A stretch of 64,000 nt of DNA from Candidatus Cloacimonadales bacterium (GCA_963674825.1 OY771587.1:2848001-2912000), one strand, 5' to 3'. Positions 1-11,501 are shown, numbered from the stretch's first letter. The notes: generated by a model from the letters alone, not told the origin. Numbers and translations are program-made.

Positions 1-76
1 GACGGATCCCTGCGGGTTTGAACCGCAGATATTGAGGTGGTTCCTTCACAATTCGGCATTTTTTCGGTCTTGGCAT
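1..76 (-). CDS. DUF134 domain DNA-binding protein, 5' part only (runs off window)
   Basis: Manual minus-strand translation from ATG at 76 gives MPRPKKCRIVKEPPQYLRFKPAGI, typical of the DUF134 N-terminus; AAGGA RBS upstream. Not in the ORF track. Confidence 0.7.
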   Translation of the reverse strand, partial: MPRPKKCRIVKEPPQYLRFKPAGIR

Positions 77-164
77 AACACATCCTTTGCTATTATGGAG
101 ACAACATAATGCACTATGGTGCAAAATGTCAAGTGGTTTTTTTACCGGCCTTGTATCTGACAGG

Positions 165-191
165 AAAAAGAAAACCCCGCGTTGGGCGGGG
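165..191 (-). terminator. Rho-independent terminator of the sigma/anti-sigma/PDZ operon
   Basis: CCCCGC-N5-GCGGGG stem followed by a U-tract on the minus strand, just after the 220 stop. Confidence 0.7.
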
Positions 192-219
192 ACATTATGA
201 GAGTGTTGGGGAGGAAAAT

Positions 220-1116
220 CTATTCTTTGTCTTGTAGCTTGTGTTTCAGCTCCTGGATTTCCATCTTCATTTTGCGTATCTCGTCACGCAGGTCTTGCTG
301 GTCGAAATCGATGGAATCAGGGATCGCCTCGTCGAGCCACTCCTGTAGTGGGGTGAGGTCGATGAGCTTGACGTTCTCAGAATCGGGACCGTACATGAGC
401 ACGTTGTTAGCCGAGTCGTAGCCGAAATAGTATCCGAAATCGATGGTCTGCGGTACGACACCGACCACCACGTCGAGCTGTTTGCCTTTACGGCTGAGTT
501 TAAGCCGTACTGCATCGCCTCTGCTTTTCTTTCGAAGGATATTGCGGAGATCTTTACCGGACGCGATCTTCTCACCGTCGGCAGAGAGGATGACATCACC
601 GGCATGTACACCGGCGCGATCTGCCGAGCCGCCGGACGATACTTCAGTGACCAATAGTCCGTATTTGACGTCGAAGTAGCCCAGAAGTTGCGGTGTAAGT
701 TCCTGAACGCTGAGTTCGAGCCATTTGCTCCAGTTCAGGAAGAATTCTGGATTATAGGAGATTACTTCGCTACGGTTTCCAAGCTCCAGCTTGAGCTGCT
801 TCTTTTTAGCATTTTCCAGGACGGTGATCTTGATTTTATCGCCTGGTTTGTGCTGGTCAATAATGCTTTTCATGAGCTCTTCTGTACGGATCGATTTCTT
901 GTCGATTTCCAGGACAATCATACCGTCACGAAGTCCTGCTCTCTCAGCCGGTGAATCAGGCACAACACCAGTAACCCGTACGCCATGATCGATGCCATAT
1001 TCTTTCAACTGCTCGGCAGAGAGGTTCTCGAGATAGACTCCGATATAAGCCTTCTCCACAGCATCGACCATGACGATGGTCATCAGTAAAATGAATAGCA
1101 AGGTTACCTGTCTCAT
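220..1116 (-). CDS. Secreted tandem-PDZ domain protein
   Basis: Signal peptide; two PDZ motifs (GVRVTGVVPDSPAERAGL, GLLVTEVSSGGSADRAGV); no protease domain seen. Confidence 0.8.
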   Translation of the reverse strand: MRQVTLLFILLMTIVMVDAVEKAYIGVYLENLSAEQLKEYGIDHGVRVTGVVPDSPAERAGLRDGMIVLEIDKKSIRTEELMKSIIDQHKPGDKIKITVLENAKKKQLKLELGNRSEVISYNPEFFLNWSKWLELSVQELTPQLLGYFDVKYGLLVTEVSSGGSADRAGVHAGDVILSADGEKIASGKDLRNILRKKSRGDAVRLKLSRKGKQLDVVVGVVPQTIDFGYYFGYDSANNVLMYGPDSENVKLIDLTPLQEWLDEAIPDSIDFDQQDLRDEIRKMKMEIQELKHKLQDKE

Positions 1117-1127
1117 TCACTCCTCAG

Positions 1128-1619
1128 TTAGTACATCTTTGGAAGCTTTTTCACTTCGTTGATGTAGTACACGTTGCCTTGTTTCTCGTCCGTATCACGG
1201 CGGATAATGTACGATTTTCCTTCAACCAGGTGCGGGAATCCAGCCACGTCACCCTGTATGCTGTCCGTAACGACAGCTTCGTTGCCAACGCGTTGATTCG
1301 CCAGGTAGATATCCTCTTCGGTAAGGAAGGGTTCCGGCGTTTCGATGGGCTCGTTCATGGATTCTTCCAATGCGAGTTCCACCGGTGTTTCCTGCTCACC
1401 TACAAACACATAGTGCAGGTTGTGTGCAAGGTCGGGTCGGGCGACAAAGCCCATGACCAGCGCAAACATTATGGTAGCGGCAGCGGTTGCGAATGCGGGG
1501 TACCAGGAATGTTTCCGCTCAAAGAATTCCTTCTTCAGTTCGTATTTAAGCCGTACTGAATAGGGTCCGGGCGGTGTGTCCGGAACATGCACGTTTTCAA
1601 GATACTTTTTGATAGACAT
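1128..1619 (-). CDS. Single-TM protein, probable anti-sigma factor
   Basis: Overlaps the end of the ECF sigma gene; one TM helix after a short cytoplasmic N-terminus. Confidence 0.55.
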   Translation of the reverse strand: MSIKKYLENVHVPDTPPGPYSVRLKYELKKEFFERKHSWYPAFATAAATIMFALVMGFVARPDLAHNLHYVFVGEQETPVELALEESMNEPIETPEPFLTEEDIYLANQRVGNEAVVTDSIQGDVAGFPHLVEGKSYIIRRDTDEKQGNVYYINEVKKLPKMY

Positions 1620-2151
1620 CGTCCAATACCTCCTCCGGTATCAGTTTTTCCAGTTTTTTCAGCGCTCGGTGAAGATTCACCCGGAGCGTATTTTCTTTTT
1701 TACCTACAATTTCGGCGATTTCCGAGAAGCTTTTCTTTGCGAAGAAGCGGAAATAGATCAGATCCTGATCCTTCTGCGGCAGGTCTTTGATGTACTGATG
1801 GACAAAATCGTAGGAGAAATACTCTTCATCTTCCTTGAAGATATCCACTTCGTCGAATACCTGCTGCTCGATTTTCCGCTGCCGTTTCTCTTTCCGGAAG
1901 TAGTTGCTGATCTCGCTGATCGCGATCCGGTAGAGCCAGGCGGAGAACGGAATCGAGCGCCACCTGAACATGTGCAGCTTGCTCATCGCCTTGTAAAACA
2001 CGTTCGATACGATTTCCTCGGCAATATCGCGGTTGTTGACCCGAACGATCACAAACCGGAATATCGCCGGAAAATGCTCTTCATATAGCTTGTCAAAGTA
2101 CCTGATATCCTTCTTGGCCTTCAGGATTTGGTCTTTATCCATACTAATCAC
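1597..2151 (-). CDS. ECF-family RNA polymerase sigma factor
   Basis: Region 2 (AEEIVSNVF...FSAWLYRIA) and region 4 HTH (SFSEIAEIVGKKENTLRVNLHRA). Confidence 0.9.
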   Translation of the reverse strand: MISMDKDQILKAKKDIRYFDKLYEEHFPAIFRFVIVRVNNRDIAEEIVSNVFYKAMSKLHMFRWRSIPFSAWLYRIAISEISNYFRKEKRQRKIEQQVFDEVDIFKEDEEYFSYDFVHQYIKDLPQKDQDLIYFRFFAKKSFSEIAEIVGKKENTLRVNLHRALKKLEKLIPEEVLDDVYQKVS

Positions 2152-2298
2152 CTCTCGCTAATCATAACGCGAACCCCATTCACGGGTTTCATAAAAAAAA
2201 CGTCTATCAAAACGAAAATTGCTTGCGCGCCTTTCACTACGCGAAAATTTACTGGACGCCCCATTCGGTCAAAACATTTTATGTACTGTGGAGGATAC

Positions 2299-2820
2299 AT
2301 GAAGAGGATCGTTGTTGTAGGGACAAGCTGCTCTGGTAAAACGACTTTCGCAGACAAACTGGCAAATCGCCTCGGCATCCGTCATGTAGAGCTGGATGAG
2401 ATATTCTGGATGAAAGATTGGCAGTGCAGGCCGGACGACGAGTTCCGGGAACTGGTACGGAAAGAAGCCGAAGAGGAGACGTGGGTGATCGAAGGAAATT
2501 ACCGCAAGGTGCGCGATATCCTCTGGGATCGCGCCGACACACTTGTGTGGCTGAATTACCCATTCTGGCTGGTTTTCTATCGCGCTATCAAAAGGACGCT
2601 CCGACGGGTGCTGTATAAAGAAAAGATCTGCGGTGGTAACACGGAGACATTCTTTCTCTCTTTTCTAAGCTCCGATTCTATCCTCGCCTGGGTGCTGAAG
2701 ACTTACTGGAAGCGTAAAAAGGAATATACCGCCCTGATGAAGTCGGATACTTACCCAAACATGAACAAGATCGAAATCAAGTCGCCGGATGCGGTGAAGT
2801 CGTTTCTCAACCGGATTTAA
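2299..2820 (+). CDS. Adenylate kinase-like / topology modulation (FlaR-like) P-loop protein
   Basis: MKRIVVVGTSCSGKTT, ELDEIFW and WVIEGNY motifs; GGAGG RBS before ATG 2299. Confidence 0.8.
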   Translation: MKRIVVVGTSCSGKTTFADKLANRLGIRHVELDEIFWMKDWQCRPDDEFRELVRKEAEEETWVIEGNYRKVRDILWDRADTLVWLNYPFWLVFYRAIKRTLRRVLYKEKICGGNTETFFLSFLSSDSILAWVLKTYWKRKKEYTALMKSDTYPNMNKIEIKSPDAVKSFLNRI

Positions 2821-2834
2821 AGTGGAGGAGTATT

Positions 2835-3605
2835 ATGCCTGAAGCCATCATCATCGATCTCACACCCGAAACCATCGAAAACTACGGCGTCTGCGGCTAT
2901 AAGGACGTACGAAAACACAAAGAATTGCGCAATAAAATCGCATGGTTCGGCAAGTACTATCCACTTGGTCTGCGTATCAAGGCGCTGATCGCGCCAGACG
3001 GCAGCTATCAGGGGATGATCGAGTATATTCCCGGTGAATATGCGCACCGTCCAGTGGACGCCTCTGGATTTCTGTTTATCCACTGCGTGTTCGTAGGATT
3101 CAAGAAGGAACACAAGGACCGTGGTTACGCGACGCGCATGATCCAGTTGGTGCTCGAAGAAGCAAGGGAAGCGGGAAAGCGTGGCGTTGCTGTAGTATCA
3201 CGTAAGGGTTCGTTCATGGCTAATGCTGCGATCTTTCTGAAGTTGGGATTTAACATTGTTGATCAGGCAAAGCCGGATTTCCAGTTGCTGGCGAAAGTTT
3301 TCGAGGGTGATTCTTCAGCCCCGCGTTTTAAGGACAATAAAGAACAGGCGCTGAAGGATGGCTTGATCATCCAACGCTCTCCGCAATGCCCTTATACCGA
3401 GAAAAACGTGATGGATATCATGCAGGCAGCCAAGGCGCAATTCGATCTGGAACCAACGCTGATCGATCTGCAGGATCACGTAGCTGCGCAGAACTCGCCG
3501 TGCCCGTTCGGAACCTTTTGCATTATCCATGACGGGGAGGTGATTTCGCATCACCCCATCAGCCGCAAACGCTTTGAGAACATAATGAGCAAAAGGTTGC
3601 GATGA
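2835..3605 (+). CDS. GNAT acetyltransferase with YoaP-like C-terminal domain
   Basis: MIEYIPGEYA, IHC, RGYA motifs; C-terminal SPQCPY...PCPFGTF. Confidence 0.8.
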   Translation: MPEAIIIDLTPETIENYGVCGYKDVRKHKELRNKIAWFGKYYPLGLRIKALIAPDGSYQGMIEYIPGEYAHRPVDASGFLFIHCVFVGFKKEHKDRGYATRMIQLVLEEAREAGKRGVAVVSRKGSFMANAAIFLKLGFNIVDQAKPDFQLLAKVFEGDSSAPRFKDNKEQALKDGLIIQRSPQCPYTEKNVMDIMQAAKAQFDLEPTLIDLQDHVAAQNSPCPFGTFCIIHDGEVISHHPISRKRFENIMSKRLR

Positions 3606-4615
3606 TTCGAGTCAGCTTGCGCGATACGAAACGCGAGGATCTCGACGATTATCGCCGATGGTTTTCTACGGAGCTTGAGTGGACCAACTGGGATGCACCC
3701 TGGGAGAAGCTGGACGAGGAGTTTGCCGAGAACTTCATTTCGCGAATTGAGCGTTCGATTGACCGAGAACCACCGGCAGTTCGCAAGCGATTCGAGATCG
3801 AGTGTGATGGAATCCATATCGGATGGGTGTCTGCCTACAAAATGGATGGTGAAAGGCTTGCCATTGGGATCGACATCCCAGAGAAAGAATTCTGGGGACG
3901 TGGCTTTGGCAAAGAAGCAATGCAATTGTTTCTCGACTACCTGGATCGAAATGGTTTTGATACAATCTACTGCCAGACGTGGTCTGGCAATAGCCGTATG
4001 GTGCGTCTGGCTCTATCGCTTGGGTTTAAGATTATTGACAATTCACAAACGGTATGCATCAATGGTATTATATACGAACGTCTGAACTTCAGACGAAAGG
4101 AAACGAACATGGATATTACGATTAGAGAAGAGACACGTGCAGATTTTGATGCAATTACAAGCGTTACGATAGCTGCTTTCACCGATCATCCAGTCAGCAG
4201 GCAGACGGAGCATTTCATTATTCGCGAACTTCGCAAGGCGGACGCGATGCTGCTTTCGCTGGTGGCGGAAGTAGAGGATAAAATTGTCGGGCATATTGCT
4301 TTTTCACCGGTAGAGATATCCGATGGCACAAACGGCTGGGTTGGCTTGGGACCGGTCTCCGTGTTGCCCGATTTCCAGAACCAGGGTATTGGCAGGGCAT
4401 TGATTAAAATCGGAATCGCATTATTGAGTAAATCAGGAATTAAAGGGATTGCTCTTGTTGGTGATCCGAACTATTATTCCCAGTATGGATTCAAAAATTA
4501 TCCCCAACTCATTCATGAAGGCATTCCGCAGGAATATTTTCTCGTGCTGCCCGTAACGGAGGATATCCCGCAGGGAAATGTTACGTTTCACAAGGCATAC
4601 TTCGCGGAGGAATAG
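3602..4615 (+). CDS. Tandem GNAT acetyltransferase (RimJ/L-like + YhbS-like domains)
   Basis: Two AcCoA-binding motifs (WGRGFG, QNQGIG); LVGDPNYYSQYGF. Confidence 0.8.
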   Translation: MIRVSLRDTKREDLDDYRRWFSTELEWTNWDAPWEKLDEEFAENFISRIERSIDREPPAVRKRFEIECDGIHIGWVSAYKMDGERLAIGIDIPEKEFWGRGFGKEAMQLFLDYLDRNGFDTIYCQTWSGNSRMVRLALSLGFKIIDNSQTVCINGIIYERLNFRRKETNMDITIREETRADFDAITSVTIAAFTDHPVSRQTEHFIIRELRKADAMLLSLVAEVEDKIVGHIAFSPVEISDGTNGWVGLGPVSVLPDFQNQGIGRALIKIGIALLSKSGIKGIALVGDPNYYSQYGFKNYPQLIHEGIPQEYFLVLPVTEDIPQGNVTFHKAYFAEE

Positions 4616-4770
4616 TTATTTACAGACAATGTCTCGAGTTTGCCTCAAACAAGCTGATCTGGTTCTAAAACTCGGCCCATTTCCCATGTTACGAAGAGCC
4701 GCAGAAATTCAATCGGGTGATAGCTGGGGAACATGCAGGTAATGAATGAGATGTGGATACGTGTCGATAG

Positions 4771-5610
4771 CTACTCAGAGTCCCCGAACTTCCTCGCGAC
4801 GAGCTGTGACATCCTGGTTTCCTGGAATCCGTGGCTCTCGTACAGCCGGACAGCGGGAGTATCCTTGCTGTAGGCTTCCAACTTGATTTCACGTCCGGGA
4901 TAGCGATTGATCAACCTTCTGAGCTGCGCCTTTCCAAGCCCATTCCCACGATATTCCGGTAGCACGCCCACACTGTAGATGTAAACGTAATCCTTCTTAT
5001 CCACAGCAAGCAGGCAGGCAACGAGCCGGGTACCGTCGTAGCAGTTAACGCATGAGATATCCGTCCATGACAGAAACATGCTGATCAGGGATTCCCAGGA
5101 TTGGCCCATGTAATCCAGGTCGTCAGTGTAAACGCTGAGCTGGAAGCTGAGGAGCGATCCTTCATCGGGCATGATCTCGTTCCATGTAAAGCTGTCATCT
5201 GTAATCTCCAACGGATTAACAGGTGCTGTTAACAGATAACTCGAGCACGTGGTCTCCACATCGAGGAACTTGGAAAACAGCGGAAGCTGCCCGTTGACTG
5301 GGGATCCATTTCGATATACAAACACCAGCCAGGAGTAATCGTTATCCTTGAGTAGTGCGCTTAGGAACAGCGTGATTTGCTCGATCTCATCGCGCGTGAG
5401 TTCTCCCAGAAAATACATCGGAACGTAGATCGTCGTACCTTTTTGAGGTAGTGTGAAAAAACCTTCGATAACGCCGTCGCGTTCGGCCAGAAAGAGTTCG
5501 ATATCCCGGTTGCGCGGAGCAAAAAGCTTGTGAATGTAATCGTAGAGAGATTCAGAAAAATCAAGATTACTGGCTTGAAGTTTTGAGTAGAAAAGGTGAT
5601 GAATCTTCAT
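4771..5610 (-). CDS. GNAT family acetyltransferase
   Basis: C-terminal VGVLPEYRGNGLG and AVRLYESHGF motifs. Confidence 0.75.
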   Translation of the reverse strand: MKIHHLFYSKLQASNLDFSESLYDYIHKLFAPRNRDIELFLAERDGVIEGFFTLPQKGTTIYVPMYFLGELTRDEIEQITLFLSALLKDNDYSWLVFVYRNGSPVNGQLPLFSKFLDVETTCSSYLLTAPVNPLEITDDSFTWNEIMPDEGSLLSFQLSVYTDDLDYMGQSWESLISMFLSWTDISCVNCYDGTRLVACLLAVDKKDYVYIYSVGVLPEYRGNGLGKAQLRRLINRYPGREIKLEAYSKDTPAVRLYESHGFQETRMSQLVARKFGDSE

Positions 5611-5632
5611 GAGGTTATCCTGAGGAAAAAGA

Positions 5633-5709
5633 TGGGGTGGCTGATGGGATTTGAACCCACGACACCAGGAGCCACAATCCTGTGCTCTGCCAGCTGAACT
5701 ACAGCCACC
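5633..5709 (-). tRNA. tRNA-His (GTG)
   Basis: Reverse complement GGTGGCTGTAGTTCAGCTGGCAGAGCACAGGATTGTGGCTCCTGGTGTCGTGGGTTCAAATCCCATCAGCCACCCCA folds as a cloverleaf with G-1, GTG anticodon, GTTCAA T-loop and encoded CCA. Confidence 0.95.
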
Positions 5710-5784
5710 ATACCTAATGCGTGAAACCAGTTATCCGAACGCAGTTTTGGTGTCAATGAAATTTCTCACAAATTCTTTACAGGC

Positions 5785-7035
5785 TTATCGCTGAAAGAGC
5801 TCGTCGATGAATACGAGCGAACAACCAAGCTTTTTCTGCATCTCGTCGATCGTCATACCGTCGAGTGTGATGTCGTCAGTGTTGAGGATACTGGACGGTA
5901 GCAGGATGGCATCGTATTTCGATCCGTCGATTTGCTTTGTGATGTCCGCACCAGTCAGCAAACCAGCAACCGTAACGCAATCGCCCAGATAGTCGTTTCT
6001 TATGGCAATCGCATCCGCCTGGATCTCTGCTTCGGTAACATCATTCGCGATTCTATTTATAAGAGGATACGATAGCATACCGGTCACCATCGCGATGCGT
6101 TTCCAGCCTTCTTTGACAAATTCCTCGATGAACTCCTCGCCGTAAGCTGCCCAGTTTTCCATCACGGTGCGGATCATGCCGATACCGTTTTCGATCTGAG
6201 CGAAATCGAGGTAATATTCCTCATCGGGGATGTCGCGTTCGGCTAGGAGATACAGTTCGTCCGAGCAGAACACACGGTTTTCGGTCTGTTCGCTGTTGAA
6301 GGCATCCGCCATATCAATGATGCTTTGTGCACCTTTGCGATCGACTCTTTCGATGGGTGGAAGGTTTTCACGATACTTTGTTATACCCACAGGCACGACG
6401 CCAATGGTTGAAACCATATTCAGAGATAGCAGATCGGAGAGCGACTTTCTCAGTGCTTCGCCGTCGTTCCAGCCTGGCACGACCACGATTTGAGTGTGCA
6501 TCTCGATCTCGTTTTCGTTCAGGTAGCGAAGCCGCTCCATGATATCGAAATCGAATTTATAGCGCAGCATCTTCCTGTGAAGAACAGCGTCAGTGGTGTG
6601 AACGGATATATACATGGGGGAGAGGCGTAAACGGACGTTACGCTCAAGCTGCTCCCTTGAGAGATTGGTCAGGGTTATGAAGTTGCCGAAAACGAAGGAG
6701 AACGCGTAGTCATCGTCTTTGACGTTGAGCGACTGGCGTGAATCGGGGGGCATCTGGTCGACAAAACAGAAGATGCAGTTGTTTACACATTCCCGGCAAT
6801 CGTGTGGTTCCAGCTCGATTCCCATGTCGCCGTCCACCATGTAATCGTAGTGGACGCGAAGGATCTCCTGCCGTTGATTAAGGTATTCAACCGACAGAAT
6901 ATCATCGTCATCGGAATGGAACTGGAAGTCCAGGAAATCCCGGATCGGGTTGCCGTTTATCTTGAGGATGAAGTCGCCGGGACGGATTCCTGCCGATTCC
7001 GCCCAGTCGGACGTTGTAAGAACTTTTACAGCCAT
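5785..7035 (-). CDS. DUF512 domain Fe-S/radical-SAM-like protein with N-terminal PDZ
   Basis: CVNNCIFCFVDQMP, KDDDY, GNFITLTN, QIENGIG motifs. Confidence 0.85.
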   Translation of the reverse strand: MAVKVLTTSDWAESAGIRPGDFILKINGNPIRDFLDFQFHSDDDDILSVEYLNQRQEILRVHYDYMVDGDMGIELEPHDCRECVNNCIFCFVDQMPPDSRQSLNVKDDDYAFSFVFGNFITLTNLSREQLERNVRLRLSPMYISVHTTDAVLHRKMLRYKFDFDIMERLRYLNENEIEMHTQIVVVPGWNDGEALRKSLSDLLSLNMVSTIGVVPVGITKYRENLPPIERVDRKGAQSIIDMADAFNSEQTENRVFCSDELYLLAERDIPDEEYYLDFAQIENGIGMIRTVMENWAAYGEEFIEEFVKEGWKRIAMVTGMLSYPLINRIANDVTEAEIQADAIAIRNDYLGDCVTVAGLLTGADITKQIDGSKYDAILLPSSILNTDDITLDGMTIDEMQKKLGCSLVFIDELFQR

Positions 7036-7038
7036 AGA

Positions 7039-8166
7039 TTAGTCGTCGCTTAGTATTGCTGTGATGACTCGAAGGGAGTCGAACTCACGAATAATAATGT
7101 GGATTGTCAGAACGAGTGGAACCGCGAGAACCATTCCCACGCCACCCCAGACCCAACCCCAGAAAATAAGGGCAAAGAGGATCACGACGGGTGAGAGGTT
7201 GTACTGGTCACCGAGGATCTTCGGCTCGATAATGTTACCGAATACGGTCTGGATGCCTGTCAGAGCACCGAAAATGGCGAAAGTCTGCCAGCCGAACCCG
7301 TACTGGAATATGCTGACGACGATGGGGAATAGCGAGGCAACGATAGAACCAATATTGGGTATGAAATTCAGGATAAAGAGCAGCAGACCGGTGATGATCA
7401 CGAAGTCAATCCCGAAAATGTAAACGAAGAACATTCCTGCCAGCGCTGTGCCGAGACTGATGACAGTTTTAACCACCAGATAGCGGATGATGTTTTTCTC
7501 GACTTCCCGGAAGACGCTGCTGGAGTGCTTCTGCTCTTCCTGGGTAAGGGCGCGTTCCAGCCTTCTGGCGAAACGTTCCCTGCCTGCGACAATGAAGATC
7601 ATGAAAATAATGGTCATCATTAGCTTGAAAAGGAAATCTCCGAACGACCCCATTGTATTGGTGATCAGGTTTTGAAATGATATCTGGCTCAGGATCATCG
7701 AGATGTCCATTTCGGAGAAGTAGTGTTTGAACTGCTTTTTGAAAAGATCGGGATCTTCAGTCTCAAGCGGTTTTCCGTCTTTACCGTATTCGTTTGGATG
7801 CTGTTCGATTTCTGCAATATCCAGTGCATAATCGGGTATGTTGAGCGCTTTCGCCGATTCGTTGAGAAACTTGCTGATTCGCTCTTTATACCATGGCCAG
7901 TCGTCAGCAAAAGTTGCGATTCCAGTGTAAACAAGAGTACCAGCTAATGTAAATGTAAAGAATATAATGACCACAATGAGTGTTACCGTGATCATTTTCG
8001 GAACGCGTTTTGCCGTGAGATAGCGGTTGATTGGCGAGAAAATAAAAGAAAGATACATCGCAAAGGTCAAGGGGATAAAAACAGTTTTCAACTGTTTCAA
8101 AATGGTGACAATGATTGTCATCACAATGATCGCCAGACTGATGTTGATCCAACGGTTACTGTTCAT
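7039..8166 (-). CDS. AI-2E family transporter
   Basis: Multi-TM; LNFIPNIGS, GNIIEPKILG, WGWVWG..GMVLAVP motifs. Confidence 0.9.
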   Translation of the reverse strand: MNSNRWINISLAIIVMTIIVTILKQLKTVFIPLTFAMYLSFIFSPINRYLTAKRVPKMITVTLIVVIIFFTFTLAGTLVYTGIATFADDWPWYKERISKFLNESAKALNIPDYALDIAEIEQHPNEYGKDGKPLETEDPDLFKKQFKHYFSEMDISMILSQISFQNLITNTMGSFGDFLFKLMMTIIFMIFIVAGRERFARRLERALTQEEQKHSSSVFREVEKNIIRYLVVKTVISLGTALAGMFFVYIFGIDFVIITGLLLFILNFIPNIGSIVASLFPIVVSIFQYGFGWQTFAIFGALTGIQTVFGNIIEPKILGDQYNLSPVVILFALIFWGWVWGGVGMVLAVPLVLTIHIIIREFDSLRVITAILSDD

Positions 8167-8389
8167 TTGATCCCTCTGTGCAACGCAAATCCACGGTCGT
8201 GCTCAATTTGTTTGTAATAAAAACATGAATGACGGAAAATGTCAAATGTTTCTTTACAAAATCTGATACGAATACCGATATTGGAAAATTGGGATCGAAA
8301 CTGGCAAGGTAATTGCATACCTTTTTGAAACGTAAAGTGTAGCGAGAATTTACACAGTGAAATAAAATAGACAATGTTACGGAGGAAAG

Positions 8390-11377
8390 ATGAAATTATT
8401 CTGGATCGTACTGTTGGTCGCCATGACCACGCTAATGTTTGCTGAAATAACAGAATGGGATACAAATGGTATCCCGATTCGCCAAGGCGAAAGTATCGAG
8501 TGGTTCCGCTCAGCTGCATCGCTGGAAGACGGATCGGTCGTTTATGTATGGTCGGACACCAAGCGTGGTGATCGTGACCTCTGGGCACAGCGCGTTGACG
8601 CCGATGGCAACAACGTTTGGGGCGACGATCCCGTGCTGGTTGACGGTAAATCTGATCGTCAGGAAGACCCTGTCATCATTGCCACTTCCGATGGTGGTAT
8701 GATTATCGCGTGGGTCGAATTCAATCTTCAACCGCTTTATGGCGATATCTTTGCACAAAAGCTCAATGCCGATGGCGAACTCCTTTGGCAGGAAGGCGGT
8801 GTTCCTCTTTGTACCGCGGATGACGTTCAGATCAGCCTCAATATCGTGAAAGATCTCAACGGTGGTGCTTACATCATCTGGATTGATTCACGCAACGCCG
8901 GTGCGAATGATATTTACGGTTCGCACGTGAACGCAGACGGTGAAGATCTTTGGGGCGAAAACGGTATGCCCGTTGCCAACGAAGATGGCGAACAGCTTTC
9001 ACATACATTCTGGGAAGACGGCCAGGGCGGCGCGGTACTGGCATATGTCAGTGATTTGAACGAAGCCAACCTTAAGGCTCGCCACATCCTTTCAGACGGA
9101 ACCATGGACTGGATCATCGACCTTTGCGATGAAGTCAATGACCAGACTTCGGTCAAGATGTGCCAGACTGGCGACGATACTTATGGTTTCGCATGGTGCG
9201 ATCTCCGTAACGAAGAATCCGTTGATATTTACGCTCAAAGTGTCGATATCGATGGCAATATCCTCTGGGATAATGATGTCGCGGTATACTCCGGTGCAGG
9301 CGCACAGGAAAACCCGCGCGTAACATCTGCCGGCACCGACGGCAGCTTCTTCATTACCTGGGAAGACAAGCGTACCGACGGCTACTACGCAGACCTCTAT
9401 GTTCAAAAAGTTGACGCCAACGGGAATGTCCTTTGGGATTCCGATGGCGTGCTCCTTTGCGATGCCGAATATCATCAGCTCAATCCCCGTCTTCGCGCCG
9501 ATCAGGATGGCGGTTGCTATGTCGTATGGGATGATGGTCGTAACGGTGGCCATAACTTTGAAGACATCTACATGCAACACGTTAACAGCTCCGGTGAGAT
9601 TACACTGGCTGCAAACGGCCAGGTCGTTTGCGATGCAGCACTCGAGCAGTTCAGTCCGCTGATCAACTCAGCCGGCGACAACACCTTCATTTGCTGGGGT
9701 GACCGCCGTGATGGTTCGATCGGTATGTACTATCAGGTGATGGACAGTGACGGTGACTTCATTCTCGCAGACAACGGTGTGGAATTCTACTGGGGTCTCG
9801 AGGGTGACGCACAGGAACTGATCCTTCTCGAACAGAACAACAACGCGCTCGCAGTATGGCAGGATAGCCGCTACGGCGTTATCGGTACCCGTGCCTTCAT
9901 GCAGATCATCACGCCGAGTGGCGACCTGCTTCTTCCCGAAAATGGCAAGAGCTTCACAGCCGACCTCAACACCGACGCTGTTAACCAGATTAACATCGAC
10001 GCTGTCCCTTATGGTGATGGCGGTGCGGTTGCTGTTTGGGAACAGGCCGGCGGCTCCTATCCGCGTGTTTACTTCCAGGGAATGGATGACGAAGGAAACC
10101 GCCTTTGGGGTACCGAAGGTATCGCTGTCAGTACTGCCACTCTTTCGCAGACCGAACCCAAGATCAGCCGCATTGACGATGCATATTACATATGCTGGGC
10201 TAACCTCGTGAACTACGGTGGCTGGACCAATACCTATGGCCTCTACATGCAGAAAGTCGTAGATGGCGCACTGCAATGGGGAGAAGCCGGCATTACTCTC
10301 ATCGCAAACTCAACCAACGACTATTTCGTAAAAGACATGGTCGAAGATTATATTATCTATCAGAACGGTTACGACGTGTTCGTAAACCGTATTAACGCTG
10401 ACGGAACCATCGCAGATGGTTGGCCCGCAGAAGGCCTTACCCTCTGTAGTGTCCCGCACGTGCAGAAAGACCCCAAAGCTATTCTGACGGACGACGGCCT
10501 TCTGGTTATCTGGGAAGACCACCGCGACGAAAACTCAACCGCTGCAGTTTACGGTCAGCTTGTTGATGCCAATGGTAACATCCAATGGGCAGAAAACGGT
10601 ATTCCGATCGCGAACTACGAAAACGATCAGTATCAGTCTGCCATGTCTGTCTATGGTAGTGATTTCTACTTCATCTGGTCAGACTTCCGTCTCGGTAACG
10701 ACGAAGATGTCTGCATGCAGAAACTCAATGCCGAAGGCGTCTATCAGTGGGATGACGACGGTCTTTGGATAGCTCAGCAGGACTCCTCGCAGAGCAATCC
10801 TTCCGTTCTGGCTTACGACGAATATGTCTTGGCGGCATGGGAAGACAGTAACACGCTCGATTCCGATATTCGTATGCAGCGCATTAATTCAGACGACTCA
10901 TTCGCATGGGGCGAATACGCAACCATTTGTGAAGCTATCAAGGAACAACAAAAACCGCTTATGGTTCCAGCCGATGATGGCTATACAACGGTCGTCTGGA
11001 CCGACCTCCGCTCCAGCGGAAAGGCGTATGTCTATGGACTCTACGCACAGCGTATCGATAATAATGGCACAGGTATCCACGACGGATCCGCTCCGAGCGT
11101 GTCCATTGGCCTTGCTCAGAACTACCCCAACCCCTTCAACCCTGAAACAAACATCGAATTCTCGCTGTTGAACAAGGGTAATGTGGAACTCAGCGTCTAT
11201 AACATTCGTGGCCAGAAGGTTAAGACTCTCGTCAACGAAGCCTACAGCGCAGGAACACATAAGGTCGTCTGGAATGGCAAGGACGATCAGGACAAGAGCG
11301 TTTCGAGCGGTATTTACTTCTATCGCCTTGAAAGCGACGGTAAGAAGCTCACTCGCAAGATGCTTCTTCTGAAATAG
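8390..11377 (+). CDS. Secreted repeat (beta-propeller-like) protein with FlgD-Ig/T9SS-like CTD
   Basis: Signal peptide; many W-D-R...DIYAQ-x-D-x-G-x-W repeats; C-terminal QNYPNPFNP...KMLLLK. Confidence 0.75.
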   Translation: MKLFWIVLLVAMTTLMFAEITEWDTNGIPIRQGESIEWFRSAASLEDGSVVYVWSDTKRGDRDLWAQRVDADGNNVWGDDPVLVDGKSDRQEDPVIIATSDGGMIIAWVEFNLQPLYGDIFAQKLNADGELLWQEGGVPLCTADDVQISLNIVKDLNGGAYIIWIDSRNAGANDIYGSHVNADGEDLWGENGMPVANEDGEQLSHTFWEDGQGGAVLAYVSDLNEANLKARHILSDGTMDWIIDLCDEVNDQTSVKMCQTGDDTYGFAWCDLRNEESVDIYAQSVDIDGNILWDNDVAVYSGAGAQENPRVTSAGTDGSFFITWEDKRTDGYYADLYVQKVDANGNVLWDSDGVLLCDAEYHQLNPRLRADQDGGCYVVWDDGRNGGHNFEDIYMQHVNSSGEITLAANGQVVCDAALEQFSPLINSAGDNTFICWGDRRDGSIGMYYQVMDSDGDFILADNGVEFYWGLEGDAQELILLEQNNNALAVWQDSRYGVIGTRAFMQIITPSGDLLLPENGKSFTADLNTDAVNQINIDAVPYGDGGAVAVWEQAGGSYPRVYFQGMDDEGNRLWGTEGIAVSTATLSQTEPKISRIDDAYYICWANLVNYGGWTNTYGLYMQKVVDGALQWGEAGITLIANSTNDYFVKDMVEDYIIYQNGYDVFVNRINADGTIADGWPAEGLTLCSVPHVQKDPKAILTDDGLLVIWEDHRDENSTAAVYGQLVDANGNIQWAENGIPIANYENDQYQSAMSVYGSDFYFIWSDFRLGNDEDVCMQKLNAEGVYQWDDDGLWIAQQDSSQSNPSVLAYDEYVLAAWEDSNTLDSDIRMQRINSDDSFAWGEYATICEAIKEQQKPLMVPADDGYTTVVWTDLRSSGKAYVYGLYAQRIDNNGTGIHDGSAPSVSIGLAQNYPNPFNPETNIEFSLLNKGNVELSVYNIRGQKVKTLVNEAYSAGTHKVVWNGKDDQDKSVSSGIYFYRLESDGKKLTRKMLLLK

Positions 11378-11501
11378 TGATATCGAGTCACATTAATCAT
11401 CTGTGTATGTGATTTTGGGATGATTAATCTGATCGCATAGATAATTGACGTCCGGCGGAATATCTCGTTCCGCCGGAACGTCACAAATACGAGGAGGAAT
11501 T

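Noticed and set aside
2299..5709. Genomic islet integrated at tRNA-His
   Set aside because: No duplicated tRNA 3' end and no integrase seen near the GNAT cluster
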